Source of the DNA: Octopus vulgaris
Taxonomy: Eukaryota
Assembly (NCBI GenBank): GCA_951406725.2
Contig: OX597824.1
Location: 32,322,001-32,384,000 of the forward strand
Reading direction: 5' to 3'
DNA length: 62,000 nucleotides
The position numbers and the translations under genes are program-made. Shown here one piece after another: positions 41,062 through 52,614 of the stretch. The notes under the pieces are model-generated. The model had not been told where the DNA came from, did not search any database, and worked only from the letters and a program-made list of their open reading frames with translations. Each line of letters starts with the position of its first letter. The stretch's first letter is position 1.

Positions 41062-44000
41062 TTTATCATTTATCAACTTGATTGTATATATATATATATA
41101 TACAATCAAGTTGATAAATGATAGGATACACACCAAGGGATTCCTGTAATTTTTATCATGAGAATAAAATAATTTAAACAAATTATATTATAAAAGACTG
41201 AACCATATATATCATATATAAAATCTCTTGGTAAAGTAGCATCTAATAACCAGAAGTAATTCACAAAGTAGTTAATAACATTGAACAATAATGTTTATAA
41301 TTAACAATAAAATATTTAGAACAAATAAGGCATTTTTTTAGTGTCATTGATAAACAGTGTCAATATAGTAACATGTAAACATATGTAAAAAACAAATGTA
41401 AACAGATGATGTTTGTTAATGGTGCCAAGCACATACACACACAGAGAGAGGCAAGGATTTGAAAGTGCTAAAAGGAGATAAAGAAATGAAAAAAGAAGAC
41501 AAAAAACAGAAAAGAATCTATTAAAAAAAATAAACTAAATATTTAATATCTATTTAGATATGAAATTTCATATAACATTATAAAACATCACATTAGATAA
41601 GGATATAGAAATAAATATATTTTGAGTTCGTTTATGATATCAGATAAAAGAAAAAAAAACATGAACAATGAGGATAATGAAATGACATGTGCAACTTGTG
41701 TTGATGATCAATCTAAAATTGGTTATCAAAATAATTCAGTTGGGTAAAGTATTAAGATAATATGAAAGGTTAATTTAACTGTTCCAGCAAGTAAATACAT
41801 TTCTTCCAACTAAAACAAACAGCTTAATATTCTAATTACTGTACTGGCGCTCAATCCATTAAAACAACGAGGGTTCAAGTGGAACAGTGAAATTAATGTG
41901 CAAGTAGCTGAGCACGCCACAGACATGTGTACCCCTGACATAGTTTTCAGGGAGATTCAGTGTGATACAGAAAGTGACAAGGCTGGCCCTTTGAATTACA
42001 GATGCAACTCATTTTTGCCAGCTGAGTGGACTGGAGCAACATGAAAAGAAGTGTCTTGCTCAAGGACATTTTGCATTGCCAGGAATTGAACTCACGACCA
42101 TACAATCATGAACCGAATACCCTAACCTTCTAATTCCTGTAGCTAAAAGACACAAAAATATATTAGATGCACTTCAGTTTCAGTAGCGTTATATTCAGGA
42201 AAAAAGATATTTAGTGCATTAAAACATGTAATATAGGCCCAACTTAGCATACAGGACCTGCAGCAATTTTTAAAGATTTTTTTTTTGAGAAAAAGAGATT
42301 TCTTATACATCATCACATATGGTGTTTGAATTTTCAAATGGATTAGTAACAAAAAAAAAAAGAAAGAAACCCTTTTGATACCAGCCTGGTTGACTGTCTT
42401 CGGGTTTATGATATAAAACATCTTGTTGCAGAATATCTATATTTACATTAAAATCTTCCATCATAATTTATATGAGAACCCTTTTTTAAGTTATATTTTT
42501 AAATACTATGCAAGCGATGAGATCATCAGCTATTTTAATAAAACTTCTTCAAAATCTTCATTATTATCTAAATTAATTGAAACATTTGCACAACATGTCC
42601 CTTAAGAAATATAGCCATGAAGGTCTAAAAACAGAGTTGGACTAAAAATAAATCTAAAAATATTTGAATATTTTGATACATAAAACTGATATAAATTATT
42701 ACTTCACTGATATCACACTTTGCTGATATATTTGACTGATATCATAACTGAATTGAATGATATAATTGCTTAAAATTTTGTAAGCAATCTATTTTTATCA
42801 ATTCTTAGAGAAGTAGATACCTGAATCAAACTCTTTCAAGATATAGTAGTTAGAAATGTCAACAAGTGTTTCAGAGGTAAAAAAATAAAACAGCAGTTCT
42901 ATTGTTATTTACACTGCTTTCCAGACCAATACCAATAAAATTGTTGAGAATTTCTTTGTTGTAAAGATGTTTGATATTGATCCTTACTTACTTCCTTTAA
43001 TAAAATAATAAACAAGCAAAACCTGATCAGGTGTATTGTCCAGTGCAACAGTGATGTGTGATCGATGTAAACATCTGAATAATGGAGAAGAGAGAGAAAG
43101 AAGGAGAGAGAGAAAGGTTAAGAGAGGAAGGGGAAATATAAATAATGATGAGAGTTACATGGGAGAGATGAAAAAGAGATGAGAAAGAAATAGAGAGGGG
43201 AGGAGGAGAAAGACAAGGTGAGAGACAGAGACAGACAAAGAGAGAATGAATGAGAAAGGGCATACATGTTACATGGTTGGAAACTTATTGTAAAATTTTT
43301 ATTTATTTTTATTTCTTCATCATATAACAGATTTATATGAAAAACCTTAGAAATCTGGGCATTCTCCTTCTCTTTGTTGCTGTCATCATCATCATCATCA
43401 TTATTTCATTTTGGTTTTTCATGCAAGCAAGGGTTGAATGGATTATCATAGTTCAAGTAAATCCACATTTTGAGGTTACTGACCATCTCCCCAAGACAGA
43501 GTGGAGGGCCACCTTTTGCTTGTATATTCCATTTTCTTAACATGGTCTCTATTGCATGAGCCCTTTTTGCCCTAACCTCTTTACACACACATCAGAACGA
43601 GGTGCCAATGCATAGTGTCAAAAATCCCAATATTGCCACCAAGACACAGATTCTGCAACAGCTTGGATTTCAAGGGCTCACAGCTCTTCAATATTCACCC
43701 CCAAAATCCTGAGAGTACCTGCATGCTGTGGATACAGGTGTCATCAAAACAGAACTGGATTTCCTCCTGTCAAGAGTTCTGGATGAGCTTACTTCACAGC
43801 AGGAAATACAGATGAGGACTGCAGCATCAAACTCACTTCATTCTCATTCATCAAATTTCATATCAAATTCCACATGTCAGAAGTGGTTTCAAATAGTGAA
43901 GGTGTAGCAATGCTAACAGTGGTGGCCTAACAGGGCTGTAGCTCTTGAGCTGGAACTAGTTAAATTTATTCCAGTACTAAAGACACAGTCATGCTTTTGA

Positions 44001-45516
44001 TAAAGTGAAAGTATTCTCTGAGGACTCTATATTCATCATCATCATCATCATCGTTAAATGTCCGCTTTCCATGCTAGCATGGGTTGGACGATTCAACTGG
44101 GGTCTGGGAAGCTAGAAGGCTGCACCAGGCCCAGTCTGATCTGGCAGTGTTTCTACGGCTGGATGCCCTTCCTAACGCCAACCACTCCGTGAGTGTAGTA
44201 GGTTCTTTTTACGTGCCACCAGCACAGGTGCCATACGAGGCTGGCAAACGGCCAAGATCGGATGGTGCTTTTTACGTGCCACCGGCACAGAGACCAGACG
44301 AAGCTGGCAACAGCCACGATCGGATGGTGCTTTTTACGTGCCACCAGCACAGAGGCCAGTCAGGGCAGCTCTGGCTACAGCCATGTTCGGACGGTTTTCT
44401 TACGTGCCACAGCTACAAATTCCATTGATGTTGATTGATTAAGATTTTGATTTGTCCCTGTTTATACACTGACTATTTTAACTGGGTGTACTGGATACAT
44501 TTTAACATGGCATCACTGCTAGAGAGGCTACTTTTTACCTTACAAGATTAAAGAGTTCTCTTGATTTTACATTCTCTCCTTTCATTCAACTCAAATAAGA
44601 TTGAGTGGGTGAATTGAAGAGTGGGTGATGGTAGAGCGATAGCTATCATGGGAGGGAGAAGGAAGAGTGAGAGAATGAGTAGGGGGGAGAGACTGACAGG
44701 AGCAGAAAATGAGACAGTGATGAGCAGCAATACACGTTGGCTGTTAATGATTAATATTTGAAACCCTAGAATAACAAGTTAAATTAATTAGGTATTAATT
44801 ATGATCATTGATTCACCAGATTAATTTCAAAGCACCCAACACAAAATTCAGCAAATCTAAATACTATAATTAAATAACAACTTTAATAAAACAATTAATT
44901 AATAAAACCACTCAATAAACTTCAAAAATATTTAAAACATTTTTTTCTCAAAAATCTATTTTATTTTGTTTGAAAAGCAAAGAAAATTTTTGGAAAAAAT
45001 CACATTTTTTAAATTTCAACTTTCTTCTTGTTTTGTCATGCAAACTAATAGAGCAAGCACTGAATTCCATTCTACATTGTCTTGTTTTTTTTTTGTTTTT
45101 TTGATACGGCAATAGAAGTAACTGTAGCAGGAACTACACTCTAAAAACAAATATGAGAGCAGATAGCAACAATTGTAAAAAAAAAAATCAACAAAAGTTT
45201 GTAGTAGTAGTAGTAGTTGTAGTAGTAATAGTAGTAGTAGTGGTGCTAGTAGTCATGGAAACAGCAACAGAAGAATTTTTTTTAACTTTATTTTTTTTCT
45301 TATTTCTTACATGCTTTTTGACTTACTTAGAATACACTTTTTGCTGTTCCATTGCATTACGGAATTCTTTGAGGGATACGGTGCCATCTTGATTAGCATC
45401 AAATTCCTGATAGGGCAGAGGCAAATGAAAGGTAATAATTGATAACTAAGCAGGACAGCTAAAATTGATGAAGACATTTCCAGCAAAATAGAGCAATAAT
45501 AATAATGATAATAATG

Positions 45517-45580
<64 letters not shown>

Positions 45581-47274
45581 TAATAATAATAAAAGGAATA
45601 ATAATGATAAAAAAAGAAATTATAAAACTTGTGGAATAAAAACAGAACAAGAAATTAAAAAAACAAACAAAATCTCAAATGAATACTGAGAAAATGGTGA
45701 TGTATACAAATTGTATTGTACAGATGAAAACTTGAGAAATTCTAACCATAACCTGCTAAAAACAGAAGTGAACCTTCCCTCAAATCACACCCTACTATCT
45801 TTAAAAAAATGATATTTTAATAAACATTTCAGTGAAAGTACTAATGTGGCAGTAATGTAACAAAAGTTGCGAATCATAAGTAGACATCGTATACAGGAGA
45901 TAGTACTACATGTATTATAAATGGAAAATGCTGAGTGAAAATGGTGTGAGAAGAAAAACTAGTTCTAACAATGATGGGATATGATAAAGGAGGAGAAAAC
46001 AAGAGGTATGGCATAAGACTATTGTACATCTGTCTGAACCATACTAACCATACTATTAAAATGAGGATAAGGATGATAACTTATAAAAATTAATATAATT
46101 CTAAAACTGCATTTACTAAGAGACTCTCAGTTAAAACCCAAGATATTTAGGCTATACCATAAAACTTCTAAAAGCTAATCAAGTTAGAGACTAAAATGTT
46201 GATTAAAATGTTGATTGAGTAAGAAAATATTCAAGCTTTTCTGATGTAGATTTTCCCTTCTCTACAAAACTTAAACCAAATGAGTCAAGAAATTTACTAT
46301 TTCATTGAAGCTAAATATATTTGTGACCATTTGTTCGTGTTTCCTATGTCAATAGAAAAGAAAAACATCTTCCTAAGAAGAAAAACAATGGAAGATACAG
46401 TTAATCAATCTAAAAATATTGCGATCACATGACCGGCCAGGCAATCAGATGTTTCATATTGCAGGTTACAATGTGTTTTGCATCGTTTTAGCCATCAAAT
46501 GATTCCACCCCATTGGCTAGGTGAACAGGCCAACTTTCCCCTCCGGTTGAAAGGGACACTGGAGCAACAAGAAATGAAGTGTTTTGCTCAAGAACACAAA
46601 ACATTGCTTGATCTAGGAATTGAACCCAAGATTTAGCAATTGTAAGTGCAACCTATTTTAGAGGTATTTGTTTTGTCCTCTCCATATAATAGCTAATATT
46701 TTATTTGAATCACTTAATGTTGCTGAGAATGAAATCTTAAATTAAAAGGTATGCTAAGTGCAATAATGGCATAATCAATAGTGACACAACTATTGTAATA
46801 TTAGTTTCAAATTTTCGAATAAAGCTAGCAATTTTGGTGTGGAAGTGTATGTAAGTAGTGGCAACTGGAATTTATTTTATCGACCTCGAAAAGATGAAAG
46901 GTAAAGTTGGCCTCAGTGGAATTTGAACTCAGAATGTAATGAAGGACGAAATGCCACTAAGCATTTTGCCTGGAACACTAATAGTTCTGTCAGTTTGCTG
47001 CCTTCACGCAACTATTGTAATATTGTCATTGTCATCATTATGTCTGTGACACAAAGACTTTGATAACAACAATAGTATTGTTCTATATTTAAGAGATAAG
47101 GAATTATGTACATTATTTACATTATTTACATTTGACAGATATTTGTTCTCATCTTGTTTGTTGTTAACACAAAGTTTCGGTTGATATACCCTCCAACCTT
47201 CATCAGGTGTCTTGGAGAAATTTCAAACCTGGGTTCTCATTCCTAAGGTATTTTTGGATGTTATCATTGTTATT

Positions 47275-47305
<31 letters not shown>

Positions 47306-47984
47306 TTATTATCCAACTCGGAATCTTGGGGTTAGTAGCCCATGCTTTTAACCCCAAGATTCCAGTGGACTACTAACCCCAAGGTTCTGAGTTCGATTCC
47401 AGGTAGTGACCTGAATAATAATAATAATAACATTGAAAAATACCTTAGGAATGAGAACCCAGGTTCGAAATTTCTCCAAGATACCTGATGAAGGCTGGAG
47501 GGTATGTCAGCTGAAACGTGTTAGCAACAAACAAGATGATGACAAATATCTGTCAAATGTAAATAATGTAAATAATGTACATAATTCTCCTCATCTCTTA
47601 AATATAGGACTGTATTATCTAATCGGTACGGAGCTGACATTAGACTTCAATGGAGACATATAGAGAAGCTCCATCAAAAACTAGCTCATCTTTCAAACCA
47701 TCTAATTTTCTTGTGTAGATGAAGAGACTTAAATCTAATACCACCTGGCTTGAATATAATGACACCAGTGGATTCATATAAAGCTAGAGGAGTAGCAGAA
47801 AGGGCAGGACATATCCTTGAACATATCCTTGACTGTGAGAGGAACCATTACAACCATTGGAAAAAACATCAACTAAATGCCCATGGGCATATGGCATAGT
47901 GGTTAAGAGTGCGGGCTACCAACCCCAAGATTCCGAGTTTGCTTCCAAGCAGTAACTTGAATAATAATAATAATAATAATAATA

Positions 47985-48037
<53 letters not shown>

Positions 48038-48077
48038 AATAATAATAATAACAATAATAATAATAATAATAATAATG

Positions 48078-48133
<56 letters not shown>

Positions 48134-50151
48134 ATTAGAAATACCTTAGGAATGAGAACCCAGATTTGAAATTTCCCCAAGACACCTGATGGAGGCTGGA
48201 GGGTATATCAGCCGAAACGTGTTAACAACAAACAAGATGAAGACAAATATCCATCAAATATAAATGATGTAAATATGAACAATAGTATCATTGGTGATAA
48301 ATATGAAACTTAATATTGCTTCTGATGAACCAATGATGAACTCTCTATATGGTCATTTGGTCTACCAAAAGTAGTAAATAAATCTTTAATATAATACCAT
48401 ATTCTCTTGAAAAAGAGAAATAACTCTTTTGATGATGTAGTTTAATGCTGATGGGGAGAGCATGACATTGATTATAGATTTACTAGTTTAGCAATACAGC
48501 TTCTGGTTATCAGAGTTGAATTCAGTACTGATACTTGATAAACACCCATTAATTGCAATGGAGAATTGTACCAGAGGTGCTGTAAGCTAATGGGTGTGCT
48601 GAGTGTCTTATTCACAGAAAGTGTAGCTCCAGGAAAAGATTATAGGCTGTTACTCCTTCAGCTTATTGACCATTATCTTACTGACTCGGTCATCTGTAAT
48701 TTTCAAAACTGAGTAAAGAACATGTGATATGTTTGTCAAAATTGTTTCATCACCTAGCTGATTGATTGATTGACTGACTGACCGAATGATCAATCAAACA
48801 ATTGATTAATTAATTGGTTAAATATTTAACCAATTGACCAAAGACAATGGCATCAAATTTTGGCACAGGGCCAGCAATTTTTAAGGGGAAGGGTAAGTTG
48901 ATTACATCGACTCCCAGAATTTGACTAGTGCTTATTTTATCGACTCCAAAAGGGTGGAAGGCAAAGTTAACTTCAGTGGAATTTGAACTCAGGATGTAAA
49001 GACAGACTAAATGCCACCAAGCATTGTCTGGCATGCTAACAATTCTGTCAGCTCACTGCCTTCACTTAACCAAAAGTAATAAAAGAAAAGAAAAAAAACT
49101 GAACCAGTGCAAGTAATATGGACCCTCTTGAGATACAACAAAATATGATAGTTTAGAATTCTTAAAAATGACTTGGTCAGATAAATGGTGTTTAGGGAGT
49201 TAATAACTGGCAAAGGTTATATTTACTACTCAGATATGTAGCCATGTTATAACTACTGTAATTATGATGATTTTAATGAAAATATTAATGTGGAAGATGA
49301 TAAGAATGATGATGGTGATGATAGTATTTGTATAGTAAAATACTCCATCTACTACAAAAAATACATTTTTGTTGACTGCCATAAATATTTTCGTTTCAAT
49401 TAGAATAATTACTTTTTCTATAAATATTTATCATACCTGTAAGACTAATTACACCAATATCATGAGTAAAATTTCCCTTCATTCCTTTATTTAAATATAT
49501 GTCTTTGAAAAACTAGTCATACACAAATGCTTACATTTTGTAATTTGGATAGTTTTCAGTTTGTAATGAAACACACGATTTTTTAATTCTTCATGCATAA
49601 AAAGAAATATATAAAAAATAAAATAAAAACAAACTATCAAATTGTATAGCACCAATGACAATAAACTATTTCAAAGCGACAGAATATTTCAAATGGTACA
49701 AAAACATTCAACATAAGGGTATAGGTTTGAGAGTTTGAAAATAAGAGATAAATCTATAAAATAAATAAATAAATATATAACGACTCAAAATAAAGCAGAA
49801 TATAGAATAGAAAAGGACATAAGTAAGCAGGAACAGATATCTGTTAATGAACAAATTAATTAATGAATAGTAAAAGGATATGCATTCGTTAAATAATAAA
49901 GAAAAGTACATTCAAGAATGAAATTATGTGGTGACTAGAATTCAAACCAAATGAAGAAGATGAAGACACAGAAAATTGACTGTTTGCTGGCACCAACTCA
50001 GGCAAAGAATATTAAAAAAGAATAATGTATATTTGAAGATATAGAAGATTGTACTGAAATCATGCACACCTCTATGCACATGTGTGTGTATGTGTGTTTG
50101 TGTATATATACATACATGTATATATATATATATATACATATGTATATATAT

Positions 50152-50182
<31 letters not shown>

Positions 50183-50296
50183 CATATATACATAAATATA
50201 TTTGCATAAATATATATTCATACATATATATATGTATATAACATTTATATGTATAATATATATATTGTATATAAATATATTTATAATTATGTGTAA

Positions 50297-50354
<58 letters not shown>

Positions 50355-51917
50355 TTTTTTGTTGTATGTTGTTAGTGTCTCCAATCAGTATTTGAAATTA
50401 AATTATAACAATATTTCTTAGGAAATATAAATCTAGTTTTTAAAAGTATTGGTTTAATCTGATTGCAAAATATTAATTTGTTAATTGTTAATCTTTCATT
50501 TATAGAAGAAATAAAAAACATTTCTCTTGAGTTAAATGTTGTTGAATAAATGAGTTGAAGTATTGAAAATATTCAATAATTCTGCCTTAATATAAATGGA
50601 GATACAACAACAAGAACTACAAAAAACAAAGACAACACAAGTTATTTTCCTCACCGTTACCAACAACACCATCATGTAATAATATAGCACTTTAGGGAAG
50701 GCATAGTGACCACGACTGGACAGTTATGTGTTAAAGCAATCATACACACCGGCAGTACATTTTCTGTGATTCCATTAGTTGCCTGAATTCTTTCACTGAT
50801 ATGTAGCCATCCCGATTAGTATCATAGTCCTATAGTTTGGTAAGAAAGAATTCTATATTTTGGTAAGAAAAATTACATGCACAAATTCGAAGAGGCAAGT
50901 TTCTTTAGCCATGAAAAGATTTTGTACGTCTTTTCTGAGGGACAAGTTTAATGTCAAAACTTGTACAATTTTACAGAAAGAATTTATGAAAAGCCTCAAA
51001 GCCTCATGGTTTCTGGAACTTAAGGAATATATTTTTGAACTTAAAAACTAATTAAGAAATTATGTAAATATCCTCAGTTTAGATAAGAAAATATAGGAAA
51101 ACCAGAAATCTTTCCACTTTTAATATATTGTAACCTCATTATATGCATGTGTATATGTGTGTGTGTGTGTATGTGTGTGTGTGCGTGTGTGTGTGTTGTA
51201 TGATGATATGTGATGGCAAATAAAAATTTGATAAAAAATAGCTTTTTGAAGTGACATTTTGCTAGGTACTGCGTTAAAATAAAACAAAACTGTCAAATAT
51301 TGCAGTGCTGTAAAATACCATTTTTGCATGTTGTATAAAAATCCAAAATGGTTTTATACAAATAGGAATGGTGATATTAATAGAAACAGAATATAAAAAA
51401 ATCAACAACAAATAAACAAATATTTTAAGTAAAAAATGGTGTCAGCTTATAATTATTAAGATTTATGTTAGATTGGCACACTCTCTTACTTTTGTAGAAT
51501 TAAATAATTTTATGGATTCCGTGTTCAACAGAATATAATTATTTTCTAACATTCCTGACGATATTGTTTTTGTTTTCTTTGGTTAGAAAGCTTACTGATT
51601 GGGTATGACAGAGAGAGACACACATAAATCTCTCTACCTCACATACACACCAAGTGCGTGTGTGTGTATATATATATACATATACACACACACACACTTG
51701 GTGTGTATGTGAGGTATATATATATATATAAATTAGAAAAAATATATGTAATTTTTTCTAAATGGTATAATATAATTTTTCCTTATTGAATTGATAAAAG
51801 GTGGTTTTATTTCTAATTTATATATATGTATTATATTTTGTGAAATTTGATTTAGTATTTCTAAATTGAATTTTTCCCTGTAAGTTTGGAATAATATTCC
51901 CTCATATTATTATTATT

Positions 51918-51968
<51 letters not shown>

Positions 51969-52498
51969 TAATCCCTTGACTATTGTGGGTGTTACATTCC
52001 AAAACTCCCTGTGATAGATGAAAATCTGTGAAGTAGAAACAGTACTGTACTGTACATTTTAAAAATTATTTTTATAATTTGTATATATTTATTTTATTAT
52101 AAATGCAAAACAACACCATGGAGGAATCGATGTTAGCTTAAATAATAAACCGTGATAGGTGAACAGGATTACCGTGTATAGATATTCTTTTATTCTTTTA
52201 CTTGTTTCAGTCATTTGACTGCAGCCATGCTAGAACACCACCTTAAAGGATTTTAGTTATAGAAGTCGACCCCAGGATTTATTCTTTGTAAGCCTAGTAC
52301 TTATTCTATTGGCATCTTTTGTTGAGCCACTAAGTTACAGGGTCATAAACACACCAGCATTGGTTGTCAAGTGATGGTGGAGGGGGGCACACAAACACAG
52401 ACCCACACACATAAGCACACACATCCACACACACACACATATATATATGATGGGCTTCTTTCAGTTTCTGTCTACCAAGCCTTTGTTCAGCCCAAGGC

Positions 52499-52529
<31 letters not shown>

Positions 52530-52558
52530 GTATTTATATATATGTATATATATATGTA

Positions 52559-52614
<56 letters not shown>

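Noticed and set aside
48680-48720. Micro-exon-like AG/GT pairs between exons 7a and 7b (12 or 27 nt)
   Set aside because: Weak context, no RyR similarity, and the 27-nt form has a stop in both phases that fit the flanking exons.
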